A stretch of 64,000 nt of DNA, taken from contig OZ024757.1 of NCBI GenBank assembly GCA_964016885.1, positions 806,001 to 870,000 of the forward strand, read 5' to 3'. The translations under genes and the position numbers were made by a program. Source of the stretch: Eledone cirrhosa (Eukaryota). The notes beneath the pieces were generated by a model, which did no database searches, was not told where the DNA came from, and saw only the letters and a list, made by a program, of their open reading frames with translations. Below, piece after piece: positions 41,790 to 56,300 of the stretch. The stretch's first letter is position 1. Each line of letters begins with the position of its first letter.

Positions 41790-44700
41790 TGTCTTCACCC
41801 CAATGTCACTATCTCACCCTAGTAGCTACTGTCTTCACCCTAATGTCACTATCTCACCCTAGTAGCTACTGTCTTCACCCCAATGTCACTATCTCACCCT
41901 AGTAGGTACTGTCTCCACTCCAATATCACTAGCTGACCCTAGTAGCTACTGTCTCCACTCCAATGTCACTATCTCACCCTAGTAGCTACTGTCTTTACCC
42001 CAATGTCACTATCTCACCCTAGTAGCTACTGTCTTCACCCTAATGTCACTATCTCACCCTAGTAGCCACTGTCTTCATCCTAATGTCACTAACTCACCCT
42101 AGTATCTACTGTCTTCACCCCAATGTCACTATCTCACCCTAATAGCTATTGTCTCCACCCAAATGTCACTATCTCACTCTAGTAGCTACTGTCTTCACCC
42201 CAATGTCACTATCTCACCCTAGTAGCTACTGTCTTCACCCCAATGTCACTATCTCACCCTGCCAGCTACTGTCTTTACCCCAATATTAGTATCTCACTCT
42301 AGTAGCTACTGTCTTCAACCCAATGTCACTATCTCACTCTAGTAGCTACTGTCTCCACCCTAATGTCACTATCTCACACTAGTAGCTATTGTCTCCACCC
42401 CAACGTCACTATCTCGACCTAGTAACTACTGTCTCCACCCCAATGTCACTATCTCAACCTTGTATCTACTGACGTCACCCCAATGTCACTATATCACCCA
42501 GTAGTCTCTGTCTTCACCCCAATGTCACTATCTCACCCAGTAGCCTCTATCTTCACCTCAATGTCACTATCTCACCCTACTAACTACTGTCTTCACCCTA
42601 ATGTCCATCTCACACTTGTATCTACTGTCTTCACCCCAATGTCACTATCTCACTCTAGTAGCCTCAGTCTTCACCCCAATGTCACTATCTCACCCTACTA
42701 GCTACTGTCTTCACCCTAATAGCTACTGTCTCCACCCCAATGTCATTATCTCACCCTAGTAGCTATTGTCTCCACCTCAATGTCACTATCTCACCCTAGT
42801 AGCTACTGTCTTCACCCCAATGTCAATATCTCACCCTAGTAGCTACTGTCTTCACCCTAATGTCACTATCTCACCCTATTAGCTACTGTCTTCACCCCAA
42901 TGTAACTATCTCACCCTAGTATCTACTGTCTTCACCCTAATGTCACTATCTTACCCTAGTAGCTTCTGTCTTTACCCCCAATGTCACTATCTAACCCTGC
43001 CAACTACTGTCTGTACCCCAATATCAGTATCTCACTCTAGTAGCTACTGTCTTCACCCCAATGTCACTATCTCACCCTAGTAGCTACTGTCTTCACCCTA
43101 ATGTCACTATCTCACCCTAGTAGCTACTGTCTTCACCCCAATGTCACTATCTCACCCTAGTAGTTATTGTCTCCACCTCAATGTCAATATCTCACCCTAG
43201 TAGCTACTGTCTTCACCCCAATGTCACTATCTCACCCTAGTAGCTCTGTCTTCAACGCAATGTCACTATCTCACCCTAGTACCTACTGTCTTTACACCAA
43301 TGTCACTATCTCACCCTAGTAGCTACTGTCTTCACCCTAATGTCACTATCTCATCCTAGTAGCTACTGTCGTCACCCCAATGTCACTATGTCACCCTAGT
43401 AGCTACTGTCTTTACCCCAATGTCACTATCTCACCCTATTAGCTACTGTCTTCACCCCAATGTAACTATCTCACCCTAGTAGCTACTGTCTTCACCCTAA
43501 TGTCACTATCTTACCCTAGTAGCTACTGTCTTTACTCCAATGTCACTATCTCACCCTGCCAGCTACTGTCTTTACCCCAATATCAGTATCTCACTCTAGT
43601 AGCTACTGTCTTCACCCCAATGTCACTATCTCACCCTAGTAGCTACTGTCTTCACCCTAATGTCACTATCTCACCCTAGTAGCTACGGTCTTCACCCCAA
43701 CGTCACTATCTCACCCTAGTAGCTACTGTCACCACTCCAATATCACTAGCTGACCCTAGTAGCTACTGTCTCCACTCCAATGTCACTCTCTCACCCTAGT
43801 AGCTACTGTCTTTACTCCAATGTCACTATCTCACCCTGCCAGCTACTGTCTTTACCCCAATGTCACTATCTCACTCTAGTAGCTACTGTCTTCACCCTAA
43901 TGTCACTATCTCACCCTAGTAGCTACTGTCTTCACCCCAATGTCACTATCTCACCCTAGTAGCTTCTCTCTCCACTCCAATGTCACTATCTGACCCTAGT
44001 AGCTACTGTCTCCACCCTAATGTCACTATCTCACCCTAGTAGCCACTGTCTTCACCCTAATGTCAATATCTCACCCTAGTATCTACTGTCTTCACCCGAA
44101 TGTCACAATCTCACCCTAATAGCTATTGTCTCCACCCAAATGTCACTATCTCACCCTAGTAGCTACTCTCTTCACCCCAATGTCAATATCTCACCCTGCC
44201 AGCTACTGTCTTTACCCCAATATCTGTATCTCACTCTATTAGCTACTGTCTTCACCCCAATGTCACTATCTCACTCTAGTAGCTACTGTCTCCACCCTAA
44301 TGTCACTATCTCACACTAGTAGCTATTGTCTTCACCCCAATGTCACTATCTCACCCTAGTAGCTACTGTCTTCACCCTAATGTCACTATCTCACCCTAGT
44401 AGCTACTGTCTTCACCCTAATGTCACTATCTCACCCTAGTAGCTACTGTCTTCACCCCAATGTCACTATCTCACCCTAGTAGGTACTGTCTCCACTCCAA
44501 TATCACTAGCTGACCCTAGTAGCTACTGTCTCCACTCCAATGTCACTATCTCACCCTAGTAGCTACTGTCTTTACCCCAATGTCACTATCTCACCCTAGT
44601 AGCTACTGTCTTCACCCTAATGTCACTATCTCACCCTAGTAGCCACTGTCTTCATCCTAATGTCACTAACTCACCCTAGTATCTACTGTCTTCACCCCAA

Positions 44701-46640
44701 TGTCACTATCTCACCCTAATAGCTATTGTCTCCACCCAAATGTCACTATCTCACTCTAGTAGCTACTGTCTTCACCCCAATGTCACTATCTCACCCTGCC
44801 AGCTACTGTCTTTACCCCAATATTAGTATCTCACTCTAGTAGCTACTGTCTTCACCCCAATGTCACTATCTCACTCTAGTAGCTACTGTCTCCACCCTAA
44901 TGTCACTATCTCACACTAGTAGCTATTGTCTCGACCCCAATGTCACTATCTCGACCTAGTAACTACTGTCTCCACCCCAATGTCACTATCTCAACCTTGT
45001 ATCTACTGACGTCACCCCAATGTCACTATATCACCCAGTAGTCTCTGTCTTCACCCCAATGTCACTATCTCACCCAGTAGCCTCTGTCTTCACCTCAATG
45101 TCACTATCTGACCCTACTAGTTACTGTCTTCACCCTAATGTCCATCTCACACTTGTATCTACTGTCTTCACCCCAATGTCACTATCTCACTCTAGTAGCC
45201 TCAGTCTTCACCCCAATGTCATTATCTCACCCTAGTAGCTATTGTCTCCACCTCAATGTCACTATCTCACCCTAGTAGCTACTGTCTTCACCCCAATGTC
45301 AATATCTCACCCTAGTAGCTACTGTCTTCACCCTAATGTCACTATCTCACCCTATTAGCTACTGTCTTCACCCCAATGTAACTATCTCACCCTAGTATCT
45401 ACTGTCTTCACCCTAATGTCACTATCTTACCCTAGTAGCTTCTGTCTTTACCCCAATGTCACTATCTAACCCTGCCAACTACTGTCTGTACCCCAATATC
45501 AGTATCTCACTCTAGTAGCTACTGTCTTCACCCCAATGTCACTATCTCACCCTAGTAGCTACTGTCTTCACCCTAATGTCACTATCTCACCCTAGTAGCT
45601 ACTGTCTTCTCCCCAATGTCACTATCTCACCCTAGTAGTTATTGTCTCCACCTCAATGTCAATATCTCACCCTAGTAGCTACTGTCTTCACCCCAATGTC
45701 ACTATCTCACCCTAGTAGCTCTGTCTTCAACGCAATGTCACTATCTCACCCTAGTACCTACTGTCTTTACACCAATGTCACTATCTCACCCTAGTAGCTA
45801 CTGTCTTCACCCTAATGTCACTATCTCATCCTAGTAGCTACTGTCGTCACCCCAATGTCACTATGTCACCCTGCCAGCTACTGTCTTTACCCCAATATCA
45901 GTATCTCACTCTAGTAGCTACTGTCTTCACCCCAATGTCACTATCTCACCCTAGTAGCTACTGTCTTCACCCTAATGTCACTATCTCACCCTAGTAGCTA
46001 CGGTCTTCACCCCAACGTCACTATCTCACCCTAGTAGCTACTGTCACCACTCCAATATCACTAGCTGACCCTAGTAGCTACTGTCTCCACTCCAATGTCA
46101 CTCTCTCACCCTAGTAGCTACTGTCTTTACTCCAATGTCACTATCTCACCCTGCCAGCTACTGTCTTTACCCCAATGTCACTATCTCACTCTAGTAGCTA
46201 CTGTCTTCACCCTAATGTCACTATCTCACCCTAGTAGCTACTGTCTTCACCCCAATGTCACTATCTCACCCTAGTAGCTACTCTCTCCACTCCAATGTCA
46301 CTATCTGACCCTAGTAGCTACTGTCTCCACCCTAATGTCACTATCTCACCCTAGTAGCCACTGTCTTCACCCTAATGTCAATATCTCACCCTAGTATCTA
46401 CTGTCTTCACCCGAATGTCACAATCTCACCCTAATAGCTATTGTCTCCACCCAAATGTCACTATCTCACCCTAGTAGCTACTCTCTTCACCCCAATGTCA
46501 ATATCTCACCCTGCCAGCTACTGTCTTTACCCCAATATCAGTATCTCACTCTATTAGCTACTGTCTTCACCCCAATGTCACTATCTCACTCTAGTAGCTA
46601 CTGTCTCCACCCTAATGTCACTATCTCACACTAGTAGCTA
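41790..46640. repeat. ~2.3-2.6-kb tandem duplication (approx. 41.8-44.3 kb and 44.35-46.6 kb)
   Basis: gtcttcatcctaatgtcactaactc at 42071/44648, tctcgacct near 42412/44949, ctaaccctgccaact near 42991/45466 and agctacggtc at 43681/45996. Confidence 0.88.
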
Positions 46641-47109
46641 TTGTCTCCACCCCAATGTCACTATCTCACCCTAGTAACTACTGTCTCCACCCCAATGTCA
46701 CTATCTCAACCTTGTATCTACTGACGTCACCCCAATGTCACTTTCTCACCCAGTAGCCTCTGTCTTCACCCCAATGTCACTATCTCACCCTACTAGTTAC
46801 TGTCTTCACCCTAATGTCCATCTCACACTTGTATCTACTGTCTTCACCCCAATGTCACTATCTCACTCTAGTAGCCTCAGTCTTCACCCCAATGTCACTA
46901 TCTCACCCTACTAGCTACTGTCTTCACCCTAATAGCTACTGTCTCCACCCCAATGTCATTATCTCACCCTAGTAGCTATTGTCTCCACCTCAATGTCACT
47001 ATCTCACCCTAGTAGCTACTGTCTTCACCCCAATGTCACTATCTCACCCTAGTAGCTACTGTCTTCACCCTAATGTCACTATCTTACCCTAGTAGTTTCT
47101 GTCTTTACC

Positions 47110-50100
47110 CCAATGTCACTATCTCGCCCTAGTAGCTCTGTCTTCAACGCAATGTCATTATCTCACCCTAGTAGCTACTGACTTCACCCTAATTTCGTTA
47201 TCTCACCCTAGTATCTACTGTTTTACCCCAATGTCACTATCTCACCCTAGTAACTACTGTCTTTACCCCAAAGTCACTATCTCACCCTGCCAGCTACTGT
47301 CTTTACCCCAATATCAGTATCTCACTCTAGGAGCTACTGTCTTCACCCCAATGTCACTATCTCACCCTAGTAGCTACTGTCTTCACCCTAATGTCACTAT
47401 CTCACCCTAGTAGCTACTGTCTTCACCCCAATGTCACTATCTCACCCTAGTAGCTCTGTCTTCAACGCAATGTCATTATCTCACCCTAGTAGCTACTGAC
47501 TTCACCCTAATTTCGCTATCTCACCCTAGTATCTACTGTTTTACCCCAATGTCACTATCTCACCCTAGTAGCTACTGTCTTTACCCCAAAGTCACTATCT
47601 CACCCTGCCAGCTACTGTCTTTACCCCAATGTCAGTATCTCACTCTAGTAGCTACTGTCTTCACCGTAGTAGCTATTGTCTCCACCCCAATGTCACTATC
47701 TCACTCTAGTAGCTACTGTCTTCTCCCCAATGTCACTATCTCACCCTAGTAGCTACTGTCTTCACCCTAATGTCACTATCTCATCCTAGTAACTACTGTC
47801 TTCACCCCAATGTCACTATCTCACCCTAGTAGCTACTGTCTTTACCCCAATGTCACTATCTCACCCTATTAGCTACTGTCTTCACCCCAATGTAACTATC
47901 TCACCTTAGTAGCTACTGTCTTCACCCTAATGTCACTATCTTACCCTTGTAGCTACTGTCTTTACCCCAATGTCACTATCTCACCCTAGTAGCTACTGTC
48001 TTTACCCCAATGTCACTATCTCACCCTGCCAGCTTCTGTCTTCACCCCAATGTCACTATCTCACCCTAGTAGCTACTGTCTTCACCCCAATGTCACTATC
48101 TCACCCTAGTAGCTACTGTCTCCACTCCAAAGTCACTATCTGACCCTAGTAGCTACTGTCTCCACCCTATTGTCACTATCTCACCCTAGTAGCAACTGTC
48201 TTCGCCCTAATGTCACCATCTCACCCTAGTATCTACTGTGTTCACCCCAATGTCACTATCTCACCTTAATAACTATTGTCTCCACCCCAATGTCACTATC
48301 TCACCCTAGTAGCTACTGTCTTTACCCCAAAGTCACTATCTCACCCTGCCAGCTACTGCCTTTACCCCAATATCAGTATCTCACTCTAGTAGCTACTGTC
48401 TTCACCCCAATGTCACTATCTCACTCTAGTAGCTACTGTCTCCACCCTAATGTCACTATCTCACACTAGTAGCTATTGTCTCCACCCCAATGTCACTATC
48501 TCACCCTAGTAACTACTGTCTTCACCCCAATGTCACTATCTCACTCTAGTAGCTACTGTCTCCACCCTAATGTCACTATCTCACACTAGTAGCTATTGTC
48601 TCCACCCCAATGTCAATATCTCACCTTAATAAATATTGTCTCCACCCAAATGTCACTATCTCACCCTAGTAGCTATTGTCTCCACCCCAATGTCACTATC
48701 TCACCTTAATAAATATTGTCTCCACCCAAATTTCACTATCTCACACTAGTAGCTATTGTCTCCACCCCAATGTCACTATCTCACCCTAGTAACTACTGTC
48801 TCCACCCCAATGTCACTATCTCACCCAGTAGCCTCTGTCTTCACCCCAATGTCACTATCTCACCCAGTAGCCTCTGTCTTCACCCCAATGTCACTATCTC
48901 ATCCTACTAGTTACTGTCTTCACCCTAATGTCCATCTCACACTTGTATCTACTGTCTTCACCCCAATGTCACTATCTCACTCTAGTAGCCTCACTCTTCA
49001 CCCCAATGTCACTATCTCACCCTACTAGCTACTGTCTTAAACCTAATAGCTACTGTCTCCACCCCAATGTCATTATCTCACCCTAGTAGTTATTGTCTCC
49101 ACCTCAATGTCACTATCTCACCCTAGTAGCTACTGTCTTCACCCCAATGTCACTATCTCACCCTTGTAGCTACTGTCTTCACCCTAATGTCACTATCTCA
49201 CCCTAGTAGCTACTGTCTTCACCCCAATGTCACTATCTCACCCTAGTAGCTATTGTCTCCACCTCAATGTCAATATCTCACCCTAGTAGCTACTGTCTTC
49301 ACCCCAATGTCACTATCTCACCCTAGTAGCTACTGTCTTCACCCTAATGTCACTATCTCACCCTAGTAGCTACGGTCTTAACCCCAACGTCACTATCTCA
49401 CCCTAGTAGCTATGGTCACCACTCCAATATCACTAGCTGACCCTAGTAGCTACTGTCTCCACTCCAATGTCACTCTCTCACCCTAGTAGCTACTGTCTTT
49501 ACTCCAATGTCACTATCTCACCCTGCCAGCTACTGTCTTTACCCCAATGTCACTATCTCACTCTAGTAGCTACTGTCTTCACCCTAATGTCACTATCTCA
49601 CCCTAGTAGCTACTGTCTTCACCCCAATGTCACTATCTCACCCTAGTAGCTACTCTCTCCACTCCAATGTCACTATCTGACCCTAGTAGCTACTGTCTCC
49701 ACCCTAATGTCACTATCTCACCCTAGTAGCCACTGTCTTCACCCTAATGTCAATATCTCACCATAGTATCTACTGTCTTCACCCGAATGTCACAATCTCA
49801 CCCTAATAGCTATTGTCTCCACCCGAATGTCACTATCTCACCCTAGTAGCTACTCTCTTCACCCCAATATCAATATCTCACCCTGCCAGCTACTGTCTTT
49901 ACCCCAATATCAGTATCTCACTCTATTAGCTACTGTCTTCACCCCAATGTCACTATCTCACTCTAGTAGCTACTGTCTCCACCCTAATGTCACTATCTCA
50001 CACTAGTAGCTATTGTCTCCACCCCAATGTCACTATCTCACCCTAGTAACTACTGTCTCCACCCCAATGTCACTATCTCAACCTTGTATCTACTGACGTC

Positions 50101-53100
50101 ACCCCAATGTCACTTTCTCACCCAGTAGCCTCTGTCTTCACCCCAATGTCACTATCTCACCCTACTAGTTACTGTCTTCACCCTAATGTCCATCTCACAC
50201 TTGTATCTACTGTCTTCACCCCAATGTCACTATCTCACTCTAGTAGCCTCAGTCTTCACCCCAATGTCACTATCTCACCCTACTAGCTACTGTCTTAAAC
50301 CTAATAGCTACTGTCTCCACCCCAATGTCATTATCTCACCCTAGTAGTTATTGTCTCCACCTCAATGTCACTATCTCACCCTAGTAGCTACTGTCTTCAC
50401 CCCAATGTCACTATCTCACCCTTGTAGCTACTGTCTTCACCCTAATGTCACTATCTCACCCTAGTAGCTACTGTCTTCACCCCAATGTCACTATCTCACC
50501 CTAGTAGCTATTGTCTCCACCTCAATGTCAATATCTCACCCTAGTAGCTACTGTCTTCACCCCAATGTCACTATCTCACCCTAGTAGCTACTGTCTTCAC
50601 CCTAATGTCACTATCTCACCCTAGTAGCTACGGTCTTCACCCCAACGTCACTATCTCACCCTAGTAGCTACTGTCACCACTCCAATATCACTAGCTGACC
50701 CTAGTAGCTACTGTCTCCACTCCAATGTCACTCTCTCACCCTAATAGCTACTGTCTTTACTCCAATGTCACTATCTCACCCTGCCAGCTACTGTCTTTAC
50801 CCCAATGTCACTATCTCACTCTAGTAGCTACTGTCTTCACCCTAATGTCACTATCTCACCCTAGTAGCTACTGTCTTCACCCCAATGTCACTATCTCACC
50901 CTAGTAGCTACTCTCTCCACTCCAATGTCACTATCTGTCCCTAGTAGCTACTGTCTCCACCCTAATGTCACTATCTCACCCTAGTATCCACTGTCTTCAC
51001 CCTAATGTCAATATCTCACCCTAGTATCTACTGTCTTCACCCGAATGTCACAATCTCACCCTAATAGCTATTGTCTCCACCCAAATGTCACTATCTCACC
51101 CTAGTAGCTACTCTCTTCACCCCAATGTCAATATCTCACCCTGCCAGCTACTGTCTTTACCCCAATATCAGTATCTCACTCTATTAGCTACTGTCTTCAC
51201 CCCAATGTCACTATCTCACTCTAGTAGCTACTGTCTCCACCCTAATGTCACTATCTCACACTAGTAGCTATTGTCTCCACCCCAATGTCACTATCTCACC
51301 CTAGTAACTACTGTCTCCACCCCAAAGTCACTATCTCAACCTTGTATCTACTGACGTCACCCCAATGTCACTTTCTCACCCAGTAGTCTCTGTCTTCACC
51401 CCAATGTCACTATCTCGCCCTAGTAGCTCTGTCTTCAACTCAATGTCATTATCTCACCCTAGTAGCTACTGACTTCACCCTAATTTCGTTATCTCACCCT
51501 AGTATCTACTGTTTTACCCCAATGTCACTATCTCACCCTAGTAGCTACTGTCTTTACCCCAAAGTCACTATCTCACCCTGCCAGCTACTGTCTTTACCCC
51601 AATATCAGTATCTTACTCTAGTAGCTACTGTCTTCACCCCAATGTCACTATCTCACCCTAGTAGCTACTGTCTTCACCCTAATGTCACTATCTCACCCTA
51701 GTAGCTACTGTCTTCACCCCAATGTCACTATCTCACCCTAGTAGCTCTATCTTCAACGCAATGTCATTATCTCACCCTAGTAGCTACTGACTTCACCCTA
51801 ATTTCGCTATCTCACCCTAGTATCTACTGTTTTACCCCAATGTCACTATCTCACCCTAGTAGCTACTGTCTTTACCCCAAAGTCACTATCTCACCCTGCC
51901 AGCTACTGTCTTTACCCCAATGTCAGTATCTCACTCTAGTAGCTACTGTCTTCACCGTAGTAGCTATTGTCTCCACCCCAATGTCACTATCTCACCCTAG
52001 TAGCTACTGTCTTCACCCTAATGTCACTATCTCATCCTAGTAGCTACTGTCTTCACCCCAATGTCACTATCTCACCCTAGTAGCTACTGTCTTTACCCCA
52101 ATGTCACTATCTCACCCTATTAGCTACTGTCTTCAGCCCAATGTAACTATCTCACCTTAGTAGCTACTGTCTTCACCCTAATGTCACTATCTTACCCTTG
52201 TAGCTACTGTCTTTACCCCAATGTCACTATCTCACCCTAGTAGCTACTGTCTTCACCCCAAAGTCACTATCTCACCCTGCCAGCTACTGTCTTCACCCCA
52301 ATGTCACTATCTCACCCTAGTAGCTACTGTCTTCACCCTAATGTCACTATCTCACCCTAGTAGCTACTGTCTTCACCCCAATGTCACTATCTCACCCTAG
52401 TAGCTACTGTCTTCACCCCAATGTCACTATCTCGCCCTAGTAGCTACTGTCTCCACTCCAAAGTCACTATCTGACCCTAGTAGCTACTGTCTCCACCCTA
52501 ATGTCACTATCTCACCCTAGTAGCAACTGTCTTCACCCTAATGTCAACATCTCACCCTAGTATCTACTGTCTTCACCCCAATGTCACTATCTCACCTTAA
52601 TAACTATTGTCTCCACCCCAATGTCACTATCTCACCCTGCCAGCTACTGCCTTTACCCCAATATCAGTATCTCACTCTAGTAGCTACTGTCTTCACCCCA
52701 ATGTCACTATCTCACTCTAGTAGCTACTGTCTCCACCCTAATGTCACTATCTCACACTAGTAGCTATTGTCTCCACCCCAATGTCAATATCTCACCTTAA
52801 TAAATATTGTCTCCACCCAAATGTCACTATCTCACCCTAGTAGCTATTGTCTCCACCCCAATGTCACTATCTCACCTTAATAAATATTGTCTCCACCCAA
52901 ATTTCACTATCTCACACTAGTAGCTATTGTCTCCACCCCAATGTCACTATCTCACCCTAGTAACTACTGTCTCAACCCCAATGTCACTATCTCACTCTAG
53001 TAGCCTCACTCTTCACCCCAATGTCACTATCTCACCCTACTAGCTACTGTCTTAAACCTAATAGCTACTGTCTCCACCCCAATGTCATTATCTCACCCTA

Positions 53101-53150
53101 GTAGTTATTGTCTCCACCTCAATGTCACTATCTCACCCTAGTAGCTACTG
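47110..53150. repeat. Duplication of approx. 47110-49100 at approx. 51400-53150
   Basis: atctcgccct at 47121/51412 (offset 4291), artefact ORFs at 47549/51840 (4291) and aaatattgtc at 48631/52802 (4171). Confidence 0.85.
48900..51390. repeat. 1258-bp tandem duplication
   Basis: tgtcttaaacc at 49033/50291, cggtctt at 49373/50631 and ctttctcacc at 50113/51371, all at offset 1258. Confidence 0.9.
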
Positions 53151-53399
53151 TCTTCACCCTAATGTCACTATCTCACCCTAGTAGCTACTGTCTTCACCCC
53201 AATGTCACTATCTCACCCTAGTAGCTATTGTCTCCACCTCAATGTCAATATCTCACCCTAGTAGCTACTCTCTTCACCCCAATGTCACTATCTCACCCTG
53301 CCAGATACTGTCTTTACCCCAATATCAGTATCTCAATCTAGTAGCTATTGTCTTCACCCCAATGTCACTATCTCACTCTAGTAGCTACTGTCTCCACCC

Positions 53400-56300
53400 T
53401 AATGTCACTATCTCATACTAGTAGCTATTGTCTCCACCCCAATGTCACTATCTCACCCTAGTAACTACTGTCTCCACCCCAATGTCACTATCTCAACCTT
53501 GTATCTACTGACGTCACCCCAATGTCACTATCTCACCCAGTAGTCTCTGTCTTCACCCCAATGTCACTATCTCACCCAGTAGCCTCTGTCTTCACCCCAA
53601 TGTCACTATCTCACCCTACTAGTTACTGTCTTCACCCTAATGTCCATCTCACACTTGTATCTACTGTCTTCACCCCAATGTCACTATCTCACTCTAGTAG
53701 CCTCAGTCTTCACCCCAATGTCACTATCTCACCCTACTAGCTACTGTCTCCACCCCAATGTCATTATCTCACCCTAGTAGCTATTGTCTCCACCTCAATG
53801 TCACTATCTCACCCTATTAACTACTGTCTTCACCCCAATGTCACTATCTCACCCTAGTAGCTACTGTCTTCACCCTAATGTCACTATCTCACTCTAGTAG
53901 CTACTGTCTTAACCCCAATGTCACTATCTCACCCTAGTAGCTATTGTCCCCACCTCAATGTCAATATCTCACCCTAGTAGCTACTGTCTTCACCCCAATG
54001 TCACTATATCACCCTAGTAGCTCTGTCTTCAACGCAATGTCACTATCTCACCCTAGTAGCTACTGACTTCACCCTAATTTCGCTATCTCACCCTAGTAGC
54101 TACTGTCTTCACCCCAATGTCACTATCTCACCCTAGTAGCTATTGTCTCCACCTCAATGTCAATATCTCACCCTTGTAGCTACTGTCTTCACCCCAATGA
54201 CACTATCTCACCCTAGTAGCTCTGTCTTCAACGCAATGTCACTATCTCACCCTAGTATCTACTGTCTTTACCCCAATGTCACTATCTCACCATAATAGCT
54301 ACAGTCTTTACCCCAATGTCACTATCTCACCCTGCCAGCTACTGTCTTTACCCCAATGACAGTATCTCATTCTAGTAGCTACTGTCTTCACCCTAGTAGC
54401 TATTGTCTCCACCCCAATGTCACTATCTCAACCTAGTAGCTACTGTCTTCACCCTAATGTCACTATCTCATCCTAGTAGCTACTGTCTTCACCCCAATGT
54501 CACTATCTCACCCTAGTAGCTACTGTCTTTACCCCAATGTCACTATCTCACCCTATTAGCTACTATTTTCACCCCAATGTAACTATCTCACCCTAGTAGC
54601 TACTGTCTTCACCCTAATTTCACTATCTTACCCTAGTAGCTACTGTCTTTACCCCAATGTCACTATCTCTCCCTGCCAGCTACTGTCTTTACCCCAATAT
54701 TAGTATCTCACTCTAGTAGCTACTGTCTTCACCCCAATGTCACTTACTCCCCCTAGTAGCTACTGTCTTCACCCTAATGTCACTATCTCACCCTAGTAGC
54801 TACTGTCTTCACCCCAATGTCACTATCTCACCCTAGTAGCTACTGTCTCCACTCCAATGTCACTATCTCACCCTAGTAGCTACTGTCTTTACCCCAACGT
54901 CACTATCTCACCCTAGTAGCTACTGTCTTCACCCTAATGTCACTATCTCAACCTAGTAGCTACTGTCTTCACCCCAATGTCACTATCTCACCCTAGTAGC
55001 TACTGTCTTTACCCCAACGTCACTATCTCACCCTAGTAGCTACTGTCTTCACCCCAACGTCACTATCTCACCCTAGTAGCTACTGTCTTCACCCCAATGT
55101 CACTATCTCACCCTTGTAGCTACTGTCGTCACCCTAATGTCACTATCTCACCCTAGTAGCTACTGTCTTCACCCCAATGTCACTATCTCACCCTAGTAGC
55201 TATTGTCTCCACCTCAATGTCAATATCTCACCCTGGTAGCTACTGTCTTCACCCCAATGTCACTATCTCACCCTAGTAGCTCTGTCTTCAACGCAATGTC
55301 ACTATCTCACACTAGTATCTACTGTCTTCACCCTAGTATCTACTGTCTTCACCCTAGTATCTACTGTCTTTACCCCAATGTCACTATCTCACCTTAATAA
55401 CTATTGTCTCCACCCAAATGTCACTATCTCATACTAGTAGCTATTGTCTCCACCCCAATGTCACTATCTCACCCTAGTAACTACTGTCTCCACCCCAATG
55501 TCACTATCTCAACCTTGTATCTACTGATGTCACCCCAATGTCACTATCTCACCCAGTAGTCTCTGTCTTCACCCCAATGTCACTATCTCACCCAGTAGCC
55601 TCTGTCTTCACCCCAATGTCACTATCTCACCCTACTAGTTACTGTCTTCACCCTAATGTCCATCTCACACTTGTATCTACTGTCTTCACCCCAATGTCAC
55701 TATCTCACTCTAGTAGCCTCAGTCTTCACCCCAATGTCACTATCTCACCCTACTAGCTACTGTCTCCACCCCAATGTCATTATCTCACCCTAGTAGCTAT
55801 TGTCTCCACCTCAATGTCACTATCTCACCAGATTAGCTACTGTCTTCACCCCAATGTAACTATCTCACCCTAGTAGCTACTGTCTTTACCCCAATGTCAC
55901 TATCTCACCCTGCCAGCTACTGTCTTTACCCCAATATCAGTATCTCACTCTAGTAGCTACTGTCTTCACCCCAATGTCACTATCTCACCCTAGTAGCTAC
56001 TGTCTTCACCCTAATGTCACTATCTCACCCTAGTAGCTACTGTCTTCACCCCAATGTCACTATCTCACCCTAGTAGCTATTGTCCCCACCTCAATGTCAA
56101 TATCTCACCCTAGTAGCTACTGTCTTCACCCCAATGTCACTATCTCACCCTAGTAGCTCTGTCTTCAACGCAATGTCACTATCTCACCCTAGTAGCTACT
56201 GACTTCACCCTAATTTCGCTATCTCACCCTAGTAGCTACTCTCTTCACCCCAATGTCACTATCTCACCCTAGTAGCTATTGTCCCCACCTCAATGTCAAT

